The notes: generated by a model not told the origin, from the sequence alone. Positions 24,301 to 38,035 are shown, counted from the first letter of the stretch. The stretch is DNA of 52,006 nucleotides from Octopus sinensis (GCF_006345805.1 NW_021834023.1:1-52006), one strand, 5' to 3'. A program made the numbers and translations.

Positions 24301-27300
24301 TTCTGAAAGGCAAAGGAAGTTCCTAATGCACATGCACTAAAAACTGATGTCATTCTTCAGTGTGCGTGTGCGGGGCTGGAACCTTCTGGAAAGGCCAAAG
24401 GAAGTTCACTTATGCACATGCACTAAAAACTGATGTCATTCTTCAGTGTGCGTGTGTGGGGCTGGAACCTTCTGGAAAGGCCTTAGGAAGTTCACTTATG
24501 CACATGCACTAAAAACTGATGTCATTCTTCAGTGTGCGTGTGTGGGGCTGGAACCTTCTGGAAAGGCCTAAGGAAGTTCCCTAATGCACATGCACTAAAA
24601 ACTGATGTCATTCTTCAGTGTGCGTGTGCGGGACTGGAACCTTCTGGAAAGGCCAAAGGAAGTTCACTTATGCAGCATGCACTAAAAACTGATGTCATTC
24701 TTCAGTGTGCGTGTGTGGGGCTGGAACCTTCTGGAAAGGCCTTAGGAAGTTCACTTATGCACATGCACTAAAAACTGATGTCATTCTTCAGTGTGCGTGT
24801 GTGGGGCTGGAACCTTCTGGAAAGGCCTAAGGAAGTTCCCTAATGCACATGCACTAAAAACTGATGTCATTCTTCAGTGTGCGTGTGTGGGGCTGGAACC
24901 TTCTGTAAAGGCCAAAGGAAGTTCACTTATGCACATGCACTAAAAACTGATGTCATTCTTCAGTGTGCGTGTGTGGGGCTGGAACCTTCTGTAAAGGCCA
25001 AAGGAAGTTCACTTATGCACATGCACTAAAAACTGATGTCATTCTTCAGTGTGCGTGTGCGGGGCTGGAACCTTCTGGAAAGGCCAAAGGAAGTTCACTT
25101 ATGCACATGCACTAAAAACTGATGTCATTCTTCAGTGTGCGTGTGTGGGGCTGGAACCTTCTGGAAAGGCCAAAGAAGTTCACTTATGCACATGCTGAAA
25201 ACTGATGTCATTCTTCAGTGTGCGTGTGTGGGGCTGAACCTTCTGGAAAGGCCTTAGGAAGTTCCCTTATGCACATGCACTAAAAACTGATGTCATTCTT
25301 CAGTGTGCGTGTGTGGGGCTGGAACCTTCTGTAAAGGCCAAAGGAAGTTCACTTATGCACATGCACTAAAAACTGATGTCATTCTTCAGTGTGCGTGTGG
25401 TGGGGCTGGACCTTCTGGAAAGTCCTTAGGAAGTTCCCTTATGCCATGCACTAAAAACTGATGTCATTCTTCAGGTTGCGTTGTGTGGGGCTGGAACCTT
25501 CTGTAAAGGCCAAAGGAAGTTCACTTATGCACATGCACTAAAAACTGATGTCATTCTTCAGTGTGCGTGGTGTGGGGCTGGAACCTTCTGTAAAGGCCAA
25601 AGGAAGTTCACTTATGCACATGCACTAAAAACTGATGTCATTCTTCATGTGTGCGTGTGCGGGGCTGGAACCTTCTGGAAAGGCCAAAGGAAGTTCCCTA
25701 ATGCACATGCACTAAAAACTGATGGTCATTCTTCAGTTGCGTGTGCGGGGCTGGAACCGTTCTGGAAAGGCCAAAGGAAGTTCCCTAATGCACATGCCTA
25801 AAAACTGATGTCATTCTTCAGTGTGCGTGTGCGGGGCTGGAACCTTCTGGAAAGGCCAAAGGAAGTTCCCTAATGCACATGCACTAAAAACTATGTCATT
25901 CTTCAGTGTGCGTGTGCGGGGCTGGAACCTTCTGGAAAGGCCAAAGGAAGTTCACTTATGCACATGCACTAAAAACTGATGTCATTCTTCAGTGTGCGTG
26001 TGTGGGGCTGGAACCTTCTGGAAAGGCCTTAGGAAGTTCACTTATGCACATGCACTAAAAACTGATGTCATTCTTCAGTGTGCGTGTGTGGGGCTGAACC
26101 TTCTGGAAAGGCCTAAGGAAGTTCCCTAATGCACATGCACTAAAAACTGATGTCATTCTTCAGTGTGCGTTGCGGGACTGGAACCTTCTGGAAAGCCCAA
26201 AGGAAGTTCACTTATGCACATGCACTAAAAACTGATGTCATTCTTCAGTGTGCGTGTGTGGGGCTGGAACCTTCTGGAAAGGCTTAGGAAGTTCACTTAT
26301 GCACATGCACTAAAAACTGATGTCATTCTTCAGTGTGCGTGTGTGGGGCTTGAACCTTCTGGGACAAGGCCTAAGGAAGTTCCCTAATGCACATGCACTA
26401 AAAACTGATGTTCATTCTTCAGTGTGCGTGTGTGGGGCTGGAACCTTCTGTAAAGGCCAAAGGAAGTTCACTTATGCACATGCTACAAACTGATGTCATT
26501 CTTCAGTGTGCGTGTGTGGGGCTGGAACCTTCTGTAAAGGCCAAAGGAAGTTCACTTATGCACATGCACTAAAAACTGATGTCATTCTTCAGTGTGTGCG
26601 TGTGCGGGGCTGGAACCTTCTGGAAAGGCCAAAGGAAGTTCACTTATGCACATGCACTAAAAACTGATGTCATTCTTCAGTGTGCGCGTTGTGGGGTGCT
26701 GGAACCTTCTGGAAAGCCAAAGGAAGTTCACTTATGCACATGCACTGAAAACTGATGTCATTCTTCAGTGTGCGTGTGTGGGGCTGGAACCTTCTGGAAA
26801 GGCCTTAGGAAGTTCCCTTATGCACTGCACTAAAAACTGATGTCATTCTTCAGTGTGCGTGTGTGGGGCTGGAACCTTCTGGAAAGGCCAAAGGAAGTTC
26901 ACTTATGCACATGCACTAAAAACTGATGTCATTCTCAGTGTGCGTGTGTGGGGCTGGAACCTTCTGTAAAGGCCAAAGGAAGTTCACTTATGCACATGCA
27001 CTAAAAACTGATGTCATTCTTCAGTGTGCGTGGTGTGGGGCTGGAACCTTCTGGAAAGGCCTTAGGAAGTTCCCTTATGCACATGCACTAAAAACTGATG
27101 TCATTCTTCAGTGTGCGTGTGTGTGGGGCTGGAACCTTCTTAAAGGCCAAAGGAAGTTCACTTATGCACATGCACTAAAACGATGTCATTCTTCAGTGTG
27201 CGTGTTGTGGGGCTGGAACCTTCTGTAAAGGCCAAAGGAAGTTCACTTATGCACATGCACTAAAAACTGATGTCATTCTTCAGTGTGCGTGTGTGGGGCT

Positions 27301-30300
27301 GGAACCTTCTGTAAAGGCCAAAGGAAGTTCACTTATGCACATGCACTAAAAACTGATGTCATTCTTCAGTGTGCGTGTGTGGGGCTGGAACCTTCTGTAA
27401 AGGCCAAAGGAAGTTCACTTATGCACATGCACTAAAACTGATGTCATTCTTCAGTGTGCGTGTGTGGTGGGGCTGGAACCTTCTGTAAAGGCCAAAGGAA
27501 GTTCACTTATGCACATGCACTAAAAACTGATGTCATTCTTCAGTGTGCGTGTGTGGGGCTGGAACCTTCTGTAAAGGCCAAAGGAAGTTCACTTATGCAC
27601 ATGCACTAAAAGCTGATGTCATTCTTTAGTGTGCGTGTGTGGGGCTGGAACCTTCTGGAAAGGCCAAAGGAAGTTCACTTATGCACATGCACTAAAAACT
27701 GATGTCATTCTTCAGTGTGCGTGTGTGGGGCTGGAACCTTCTGGAAAGGCCTTAGGAAGTTCCCTTATGCACATGCACTAAAAACTGATGTCATTCTTCA
27801 GTGTGCGTGTGTGGGGCTGGAACCTTCTGTAAAGGCCAAAGGAAGTTCACTTATGCACATGCACTAAAAACTGATGTCATTCTTCAGTGCGCGTGTGTGG
27901 GGCTGGAACCTTCTGTAAAGGCCAAAGGAAGTTCACTTATGCACATGCACTAAAAACTGATGTCATTCTTCAGTGTGCGTGTGTGGGGCTGGAACCTTCT
28001 GTAAAGGCCAAAGGAAGTTCACTTATGCACATGCACTAAAAACTGATGTCATTCTTCAGTGTGCGTGTGTGGGGCTGGAACCTTCTGTAAAGGCCAAAGG
28101 AAGTTCCCTAATGCACATGCACTAAAAACTGATGTCATTCTTCAGTGTGCGTGTGTGGGGCTGGAACCTTTTGGAAAGGCCAAAGGAAGTTCACTTATGC
28201 ACATGCACTAAAAACTGATGTCATTCTTCAGTGTGCGTGTGTGGGGCTGGAACCTTCTGGAAAGGCCAAAGGAAGTTCCCTAATGCACATGCACTAAAAA
28301 CTGATGTCATTCTTCAGTGTGCGTGTGTGGGGCTGGAACCTTCTGGAAAGGCCAAAGGAAGTTCACTTATGCACATGCACTAAAAACTGATGTCATTCTT
28401 CAGTGTGCGTGTGTGGGGCTGGAACCTTCTGTAAAGGCCAAAGGAAGTTCACTTATGCACATGCACTAAAAACTGATGTCATTCTTCAGTGTGCGTGTGT
28501 GGGGCTGGAACCTTCTGGAAAGGCCAAAGGAAGTTCCCTAATGCACATGCACTAAAAACTGATGTCATTCTTCAGTGTGCGTGTGTGGGGCTGGAACCTT
28601 CTGGAAAGGCCAAAGGAAGTTCACTTATGCACATGCACTAAAAACTGATGTCATTCTTCAGTGTGCGTGTGCGGGGCTGGAACCTTCTGGAAAGGCCAAA
28701 GGAAGTTCCCTAATGCACATGCACTAAAAACTGATGTCATTCTTCAGTGTGCGTGTGTGGGGCTGGAACCTTCTGTAAAGGCCAAAGGAAGTTCACTTAT
28801 GCACATGCACTAAAAACTGATGTCATTCTTCAGTGTGCGTGTGTGGGGCTGGAACCTTCTGTAAGGCCAAAGGAAGTTCACTTATGCACATGCACTAAAA
28901 ACTGATGTCATTCTTCAGTGTGCGTGTGTGGGGCTGGAACCTTCTGTAAAGGCCAAAGGAAGTTCACTTATGCACATGCACTAAAAACTGATGTCATTCT
29001 TCAGTGTGCGTGTGTGGGGCTGGAACCTTCTGTAAAGGCCAAGGAAGTTCCCTAATGCACATGCACTAAAAACTGATGTCATTCTTCAGTGTGCGTGTGT
29101 GTGGGGCTGGAACCTTCTGGAAAGGCCAAAGGAAGTTCACTTATGCACATGCACTAAAAACTGATGTCATTCTTCAGTGTGCGTGTGTGGGGCTGGAACC
29201 TTCTGAAAGGCCAAAGGAAGTTCCCTAATGCACATGCACTAAAAACTGATGTCATTCTTCAGTGTGCGTGTGTGGGGCTGGAACCTTCTGGAAAGGCCAA
29301 AGGAAGTTCACTTATGCACATGCACTAAAAACTGATGTCATTCTTCAGTGTGCGTGTGTGGTGGGGCTGGAACCTTCTGGAAAGGCCAAAGGAAGTTCCC
29401 TAATGCACATGCACTAAAAACTGATGTCATTCTTCAGTGTGCGTGTGGGGGCTGGAACCTTCTGGAAAGGCCAAAGGAAGTTCACTTATGCACATGCACT
29501 AAAAACTGATGTCATTCTTCAGTGTGCGTGTGCGGGGCTGGAACCTTCTGGAAAGGCCAAAGGAAGTTCCCTAATGCACATGCACTAAAAACTGATGTCA
29601 TTCTTCAGTGTGCGTGTGTGGGGCTGGAACCTCTGGAAAGGCCAAAGGAAGTTCACTTATGCACATGCACTAAAAACTGATGTCATTCTTCAGTGTGCGT
29701 GTGTGGGGCTGGAACCTTCTGGAAAGGCCTAAGGAAGTTCCCTAATGCACATGCACTGAAAACTGATGTCATTCTTCAGTGTGCGTGTGTGGGGCTGGAA
29801 CCTTCTGGAAAGGCCAAAGGAAGTTCACTTATGCACATGCACTGAAAACTGATGTCATTCTTCAGTGTGCGTGTGTGGGGCTGGAACCTTCTGGAAAGGC
29901 CAAAGGAAGTTCACTTATGCACATGCACTGAAAACTGATGTCATTCTTCAGTGTGCGTGTGTGGGGCTGGAACCTTCTGGAAAGGCCAAAGGAAGTTCAC
30001 TTATGCACATGCACTGAAAACTGATGTCATTCTTCAGTGTGCGTGTGTGGGGCTGGAACCTTCTGAAAGGCCAAAGGAAGTTCACTTATGCACATGCACT
30101 GAAAACTGATGTCATTCTTCAGTGTGCGTGTGTGGGGCTGGAACCTTCTGGAAAGGCCAAAGGAAGTTCACTTATGCACATGCACTAAAAACTGATGTCA
30201 TTCTTCAGTGTGCGTGTGCGGGCTGAACCTTCTGTAAAGGCCAAAGGAAGTTCACTTATGCACATGCACTAAAAACTGATGTCATTCTTCAGTGTGCGTG

Positions 30301-33300
30301 TGTGGGGCTGGAACCTTCTGTAAAGGCCAAAGGAAGTTCACTTATGCACATGCACTGAAAACTGATGTCATTCTTCAGTGTGCGTGTGTGGGGCTGGAAC
30401 CTTCTGTAAAGGCCAAAGGAAGTTCACTTATGCACATGCACTGAAAACTGATGTCATTCTTCAGTGTGCGTGTGTGGGGCTGGAACCTTCTGTAAGGCCA
30501 AGGAAGTTCACTTATGCACATGCACTGAAAACTGATGTCATTCTTCAGTGTGCGTGTGTGGGGCTGGAACCTTCTGGAAAGGCCAAAGGAAGTTCACTTA
30601 TGCACATGCACTGAAAACTGATGTCATTCTTCAGTGTGCGTGTGTGGGGCTGGAACCTTCTGGAAAGGCCAAAGGAAGTTCACTTATGCACATGCACTGA
30701 AAACTGATGTCATTCTTCAGTGTGCGTGTGTGGGGCTGGAACCTTCTGGAAAGGCCTAAGGAAGTTCCCTAATGCACATGCACTAAAAACTGATGTCATT
30801 CTTCAGTGTGCGTGTGCGGGGCTGGAACCTTCTGTAAAGGCCTAAGGAAGTTCCCTAATGCACATGCACTAAAAACTGATGTCATTCTTCAGTGTGCGTG
30901 TGCGGGGCTGGAACCTTCTGGAAAGGCCTAAGGAAGTTCCCTAATGCACATGCACTAAAAACTGATGTCATTCTTCAGTGTGCGTGTGCGGGGCTGGAAC
31001 CTTCTGGAAAGGCCTAAGGAAGTTCCCTAATGCACATGCACTAAAAACTGATGTCATTCTTCAGTGTGCGTGTGTGGGGCTGGAACCTTCTGTAAAGGCC
31101 AAAGGAAGTTCACTTATGCACATGCACTGAAAACTGATGTCATTCTTCAGTGTGCGTGTGTGGGGCTGGAACCTTCTGGAAAGGCCAAAGGAAGTTCACT
31201 TATGCACATGCACTGAAAACTGATGTCATTCTTCAGTGTGCGTGTGTGGGGCTGGAACCTTCTGGAAAGGCCAAAGAAGTTCACTTATGCACATGCACTG
31301 AAAACTGATGTCATTCTTCATGTGCGTGTGTGGGGCTGGAACCTTCTGGAAAGGCCTAAGGAAGTTCCCTAATGCACATGCACTAAAACTGATGTCATTC
31401 TTCAGTGTGCGTGTGCGGGGCTGGAACCTTCTGTAAAGGCCTAAGGAAGTTCCCTAATGCACATGCACTAAAAACTGATGTCATTCTTCATGTGCGTGTG
31501 CGGGGCTGGAACCTTCTGGAAAGGCCTAAGGAAGTTCCCTAATGCACATGCACTAAAACTGATGTCATTCTTCAGTGTGCGTGTGCGGGGCTGGAACCTT
31601 CTGGAAAGGCCTAAGGAAGTTCCCTAATGCACATGCACTAAAAACTGATGTCATTCTTCAGTGTGCGGTGTGTGGCTGGAACCTTCTGTAAAGGCCAAAG
31701 GAAGTTCACTTATGCACATGCACTAAAAACTGATGTCATTCTTCAGTGTGCGTGTGTGGGGCTGGAACCTTCTGTAAAGGCCAAAGGAAGTTCACTTATG
31801 CACATGCACTAAAAACTGATGTCATTCTTCAGTGTGCGTGTGCGGGGCTGGAACCTTCTGGAAAGGCCAAAGGAAGTTCCCTAATGCACATGCACTAAAA
31901 ACTGATATCATTCTTCACTGTGCGTGTGCGGGGCTGGAACCTTCTGGAAAGGCCAAAGGAAGTTCCCTAATGCACATGCACTAAAACTGATGTCATTCTT
32001 CAGTGTGCGTGTGCGGGGCTGGAACCTTCTGGAAAGGCCAAAGGAAGTTCCCTAATGCACATGCACTAAAACTGATGTCATTCTTCAGTGTGCGTGTGCG
32101 GGGCTGGAACCTTCTGGAAAGGCCAAAGGAAGTTCCTAATGCACATGCACTAAAAACTGATGTCATTCTTCATTGTGCGTGTGCGGGGCTGGAACCTTCT
32201 GGAAAGGCCAAAGGAAGTTCCCTAATGCACATGCACTAAAAATTGATGTCATTCTTCAGTGTGCGTGTGCGGGGCTGGAACCTTCTGGAAAGGCCAAAGG
32301 AAGTTCCCTAATGCACATGCACTAAAAACTGATATCATTCTTCACTGTGCGTGTGCGGGGCTGGAACCTTCTGGAAAGGCCAAAGGAAGTTCCCTAATGC
32401 ACATGCACTAAAAACTGATGTCATTCTTCAGTGTGCGTGTGCGGGGCTGGAACCTTCTGGAAAGGCCAAAGGAGTTCCCTAATGCACATGCACTAAAAAC
32501 TGATGTCATTCTTCAGTGTGCGTGTGCGGGGCTGGAACCTTCTGGAAAGGCCAAAGGAAGTTCCCTAATGCACATGCACTAAAAACTGATGTCATTCTTC
32601 AGTGTGCGTGTGCGGGGCTGGAACCTTCTGGAAAGGCCAAAGGAAGTTCCCTAATGCACATGCACTAAAAATTGATGTCATTCTTCAGTGTGCGTGTGCG
32701 GGGCTGGAACCTTCTGGAAAGGCCAAAGGAAGTCCCTAATGCACATGCACTAAAAACTGATGTCATTCTTCAGTGTGCGTGTGCGGGGCTGGAACCTTCT
32801 GGAAAGGCCAAAGGAAGTTCCCTAATGCACATGCACTAAAAACTGATGTCATTCTTCAGTGTGCGTTGTGGGGGCTGGAACCTTCTGGAAAGGCCAAAGG
32901 AAGTTCCCTAATGCACATGCGCTAAAACTGATGTCATTCTTCAGTGTGCGTGTGCGGGGCTGGAACCTTCTGTAAAGGCCAAAGGAAGTTCACTTATGCA
33001 CATGCACTAAAACTGATGTCATTCTTCAGTGTGCGTGTGCGGTGCTGGAACCTTCTGTAAAGGCCAAAGGAAGTTCCCTAATGCACATGCACTAAAACTG
33101 ATGTCATTCTTCAGTGTGCGTGTGCGGGGCTGGAACCTTCTGGAAAGGCCAAAGGAAGTTCACTTATGCACATGCACTAAAAACTGATGTCATTCTTCAG
33201 TGTGCGTGTGCGGGGCTGGAACCTTCTGGAAAGGCCAAAGGAAGTTCCCTAATGCACATGCACTAAAAACTGATGTCATTCTTCAGTGTGCGTGTGTGGG

Positions 33301-33895
33301 GCTGGAACTTTTTGGAAAGGCCAAAGGAAGTTCACTTATGCACATGCACTAAAAACTGATGTCATTCTTCAGTGTGCGTGTGTGGGGCTGGAACCTTCTG
33401 GAAAGGCCTAAGGAAGTTCACTTATGCACATGCACTAAAAACTGATGTCATTCTTCAGTGTGCGTGTGTGGGGCTGGAACCTTCTGGAAAGGCCAAAGGA
33501 AGTTCCCTAATGCACATGCACTAAAAACTGATGTCATTCTTCAGTGTGCGTGTGTGGGGCTGGAACCTTCTGGAAAGGCCAAAGAAGTTCCCTAATGCAC
33601 ATGCACTAAAAACTGATGTCATTCTTCAGTGTGCGTGTGTGGGGCTGGAACCTTCTGGAAAGGCCAAAGGAAGTTCCCTAATGCACATGCACTAAAAACT
33701 GATGTCATTCTTCATTGTGCGTGTGCGGGGCTGGAACCTTCTGGAAAGGCCAAAGGAAGTTCCCTAATGCACATGCACTAAAAACTGATGTCATTCTTCA
33801 GTGTGCGTGTGCGGGGCTGGAACCTTCTGGAAAGGCCTAAGGAAGTTCCCTAATGCACATGCACTAAAAACTGATGTCATTCTTCAGTGTGCGTG
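18344..33895 (+). repeat. Satellite array, 86-bp monomer, about 181 copies
   Basis: Monomer gatgtcattcttcagtgtgcgtgtgcggggctggaaccttctggaaaggccaaaggaagttccctaatgcacatgcactaaaaact; successive starts at 18431 and 18517. Confidence 0.98.
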
Positions 33896-34052
33896 GAGGC
33901 GATCCCTGCTGTACCCTTTCACCACAACTTTCTCTCACTCTTTCTTCTTAGCCAGCGGGGGTGGGGGGTGTTATTTGAAGGATAAAACAATGCGAAGTGC
34001 ATTGTGACCAGCGATGTTTAGCAACATCTGACAGCCTGGTCGGTCACAGTGA
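33896..34052 (+). mobile_element. Internally deleted Arg-head SINE (tail C) abutting the satellite end
   Basis: gtggaggcg joins directly to atccctgctgtac; the tail matches 5430-5549. Confidence 0.7.
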
Positions 34053-34344
34053 TATATATATATATATATATATCTATATTATATATATATATATATATAT
34101 AATCTTTAATTCTGTAATATAATATAACAATATACATACACACCCAATGGGCTTATTTCTACTTCTGTCTGCCTAATCCACTCGCAAACCTTTTAGTTGG
34201 TCTGGGGCTATAGTGGAAGGCATTTATACAAGGGGACACACAATGGGACTGAAGAAGATTGAGTTAAAAGAAAGAAATGGAAGAGAAATTTCAAGAGACA
34301 GTGTTTAGTTTGAAAGGAGAAAAAAGGTTTGAAAATCTATTTAC

Positions 34345-34383
34345 TATTTTGAGTAATTTCATAAGTTTCTGCTTTTCTGAAAC
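34345..34383 (-). CDS. Mini-exon B (39 nt, phase 1-1), (G)FRKAETYEITQN, N-terminal strand of Ig-like domain 2
   Basis: Acceptor atttccatcttttacag and donor a|gtaaat; paralog of mini-exon A. Confidence 0.75.
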
Positions 34384-34461
34384 CTGTAAAAGATGGAAAT
34401 AAAAAGGTTTTAATTTTCAGATTTTACATTTGATCAACAAAATTGATACTATTTATCTTAC

Positions 34462-35379
34462 TTTTTACTTTTCAAAAATTCCAATTCTAAAGGGTTGAAA
34501 CAAACCCGAGCAACTCCGGGTGAAACTGCTAGTAATCTCTATATATATAAAGCTGAAGTTGAATGTCTGTGTATGTGTGTGGCAGGTTTGGCAGCCTTCA
34601 ACTAACACTATCTCCTCCGAGACCCTGCGGCGCAAGTTGACCAAAATTGAGAGTATGATAGAAGAAGGCTTGCTCTTCCATCCGTAGAAGAAAAATTCAA
34701 ATCGGGCCATGTTAACACCAAAAATTATTTACATCAAAAAGGTGCTTTTTTTCTATGAAAATCACTATTTTTTACGATTTTTTGGCTGCTGTGTTGCCAT
34801 TTTTCGGTGTATTTCAACCAGAAAAATGTTTGCTTAAAGAGAATAACAAGCTACATAATGCAACATTTTTACTTTTCAAAAATTCCAATTCTAAAGGGTC
34901 GAAACAAACCCGAGCAACTCCGGGCGAAACTGCTAGTAATCCCTATATATATAAAGCTGAAGTTGAATGTCTGTGTATGTGTGTGGCAGGTTTGGCAGCC
35001 TTCAACTAACACTATCTCCTCCGAGACCCTGCGGCGCAAGTTGACCAAAATTGAGAGTATGATAGAAGAAGGCTTGCTCTTCCTTCCGTAGAAGATAACA
35101 TTCAAATCGGACCAAAAAATATTTACATCAAAATGATGCTTTTTTTTCTACGAAAATCCCTATTTTTTTACGATTTTTTTACTGCTGTGTCGCCATTTTT
35201 CGGTGTATTTCAACCAGAAAAATGTTCACTTAAAGAAAATTACAAGCTACATAATGCAAAATTTTAACTTTTCAAAAAAGATTGAAACTATGTCAAAACT
35301 TTGTTAACACAACATCAAAGTCTGCCATTTTAAGCGCAACTAAAAAACAAACCTGAGCAACACCGGGTTATACTGCTAG
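34462..35379 (+). mobile_element. Non-autonomous Helitron cluster: 3' fragment (to 34532) plus two copies (34536-34936, 34940-35379)
   Basis: 5' TC(T/C)CTATATATATAAAG, subterminal cccgagcaactccggg hairpin and 3' CTAG followed by T. Confidence 0.82.
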
Positions 35380-35727
35380 TATATATATATATATATATAT
35401 ATACATATATATACACATATATATATATATATATATATATATGAAAAAACAAGTCAAAAATAGAAAATGCTAAAATAATTTTATAGTGAACATTTCAGTA
35501 CCGGTTTCGGTCATTTTGAGACCTTTTCAACTGTAACGATTAAATAATTAAATTTAGAAAAATTAGAAGAAAAGTTTTTTTAAAAAAATATTTCTATAGT
35601 AGTGTTCAGATTTAAGTGGCATTCTGCCTTTCTCTGATATAGGGTGAAATATAATCAATTTAATAAAATCAACAAATTTCGGCTAGTAGTATTTCGGTAT
35701 GGAAAAGACTATATTCGGTAAAAATTT

Positions 35728-36465
35728 TTATAATTATAATAATAAGGGTTTTTTGCAACAAGTTGCTTAAACCACATACCGAAAATATTAGAAATAGCAG
35801 CCAAAGGACTACTATTTCCTTTTACTACAAAAATAAGTCTCCACAGACAACAATATTTGTAACTCACATACTCTCTCTTTACTCTTTTACTTGTTTCAGT
35901 CATTTGACTGCGGCCATGCTGGAGCACCACCTTTAGTCGAGCAAATCGACCCCAGGACTTATTCTTTGTAAGCCCAGTACTTATTCTATCGATCTCTTTT
36001 GCCGAACCGCTAAGTGACGGGGACGTAAACACACCAGCATCGGTTGTCAAGCAATGCTAGGGGGACAAACACAGACACACAAACACACACACACACATAC
36101 ACATATATATATATATACATATATACGACGGGCTTCTTTCAGTTTCCGTCTACCAAATCCACTCACAAGGCATTGGTCGGCCCGGGGCTATAGTAGAAGA
36201 CACTTGCCCAAGATGCCACGCAGTGGGACTGAACCCGGAGCCATGTGATGGCAAAAAAAGAAGAAAAACAATGAAATCACAGTCTTCAGATTTCATTGTG
36301 TGATTTCATTGTTTTTCTTCTTTTTTTGCCATATTTGAGTTACAAATATTGTTGTCTGTGGAGACTTATTCTTGTAGTAAAAGGAAATAGTAGTCTTTTG
36401 GCTGCTATTTCTAATATTTTCGGTATGTGGTTTAAGCAACTTGTTGCAAAAAACACTTATTATTA

Positions 36466-36472
<7 letters not shown>
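35728..36472. mobile_element. Fold-back element (~140-bp outer and ~34-bp inner arms) with a CORE-like SINE (35871-36247, minus) inside the left arm
   Basis: 35728-35866 pairs with 36334-36472; 36248-36281 pairs with 36298-36333. Confidence 0.85.
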
Positions 36473-36519
<47 letters not shown>

Positions 36520-36744
36520 CTGCTCGCTTAGCCAGCGGGGTGGCGTCATTCAAAGGTTAAAACAATGCGAACGCATTGTGACCAGCGATGTGTAACAACA
36601 TCTGATGGTCTGGTCGGTCACGTGATCACGTGATATATATATATGTAAAGTTAATCCAAACAAGAAAGCACAAAAAAACACAACGCGAGGATGTGGAACA
36701 AATATAGTATTATTGGTCGCTCAGGAAAGAAGGAAAGAAGGAGG

Positions 36745-36779
36745 GTTTAACGTTTCGAGCGGAGCTCTTTGTCGGAAAC
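36745..36779 (-). ncRNA. Degenerate hammerhead-like motif in a Penelope-like fragment (~36640-36850)
   Basis: GUUU-[CCGACAA]-A-GAGC-UCC-GCUC-[GAAA]-CG-[UU]-AAAC; stems I and II pair. Confidence 0.4.
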
Positions 36780-36854
36780 ATAGGAGAAGGAAAGATCCAG
36801 AGAAGGGAAAACAGAGGAAAAAAATCGCCAACGTTACACACAAGGTCACATTAA

Positions 36855-37185
36855 AAAAAAGACTCCGCCGGTTACGACAACAAGGGTCCCAGCTGATACG
36901 ATCAACGGAACAGCTTGCTCGTGAAATTAACGTGCAAATGGCTGAGCATTCCACAGACACGTGTACCCTTAACGTAGTTCTCGGGGATAATCAGCGTGAC
37001 ACAGAGAGTGACAAGGCTGACCCTTTGAAATACAAGTACAACTCATTTTTGCCAGCTGAGTGGACTGGAGCAACGTGAAATAAAGTGTCTTGCTCAAGGA
37101 CACAACGCGTCGCCGGGAATCGAACTCACAACCTTACGATCATGAGCCGAATGCCCTAACCACTAAGCCACGCGCCCTCACACGA
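36855..37185 (-). mobile_element. tRNA-derived SINE with a second head/core (gtgtccttgagcaagacac) and tail type A
   Basis: The tail matches 45570-45715; the head matches the fragment at 39850-39950. Confidence 0.8.
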
Positions 37186-37194
37186 GGTCACATA

Positions 37195-37380
37195 TATATA
37201 ACGGGAAGCTTTATGAAAATAAACAAAAGACGAAGGCAGGTGGAATACAAACAAACAATTGTATTAGTATGGCGCTCAGGAATATAAATAAAACAAGTCT
37301 TTTACGTTTCGAGCCTACGCTCTTCAACGGAAAGATACACAGAAAAGAAACACGGAGAGAAACAAGGAGAGAAAAAAAAT
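37195..37380 (-). mobile_element. Penelope-like fragment with hammerhead-like motif (37298-37335); inverted copies at ~46780-46990 and ~47270-47425
   Basis: UCUUU-[CCGUUGA]-A-GAGC-GUAG-GCUC-[GAAA]-CG-[UA]-AAAGA. Confidence 0.55.
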
Positions 37381-37429
37381 GCGTGCAGAAGCTAGCGAAT
37401 ATGTTAGTCCTGCTGTTTTCGTTATGTAT

Positions 37430-37517
37430 TTGTATTATTATTATTATTATTGTTATAGTTGTTATTATTATTATTATTGTTATTATTATTATTGTTATTA
37501 TTATTATCATCATTATC

Positions 37518-37565
<48 letters not shown>

Positions 37566-37646
37566 GTTATAGTTGTTATTATTATTATTGTTATTATTAT
37601 TATTGTTATTATTGTTATTATTGTTATTATTATTATCATTATTATC

Positions 37647-37684
<38 letters not shown>

Positions 37685-37764
37685 CGTTATAGTTGTTATT
37701 ATTATTATTGTTATTATTATTATCGTTATAGTTGTTATTATTATTATTATTATTGTTATAGTTG

Positions 37765-37808
<44 letters not shown>

Positions 37809-38001
37809 GTTATAGTTATTATTATTATTATTATTATTATTGTTATTATTATTATTGTTATTATTGTTATTATTATTATCGTTATTATTATTATTATTAT
37901 TATTACTATTATTATTATTGTTATAGTTGTTATTATTATTATTATTATTATTGTTATTATTATTATTGTTATTATTGTTATTATTATTATCGTTATTATT
38001 A

Positions 38002-38035
<34 letters not shown>

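Noticed and set aside
18344-33895. CRISPR array or coding repeat (ORFs such as MCVCGAGTFWKGQRKF)
   Set aside because: Monomers are contiguous with no unique spacers and no cas genes; the ORFs are short products of alternative starts and indels in the satellite.
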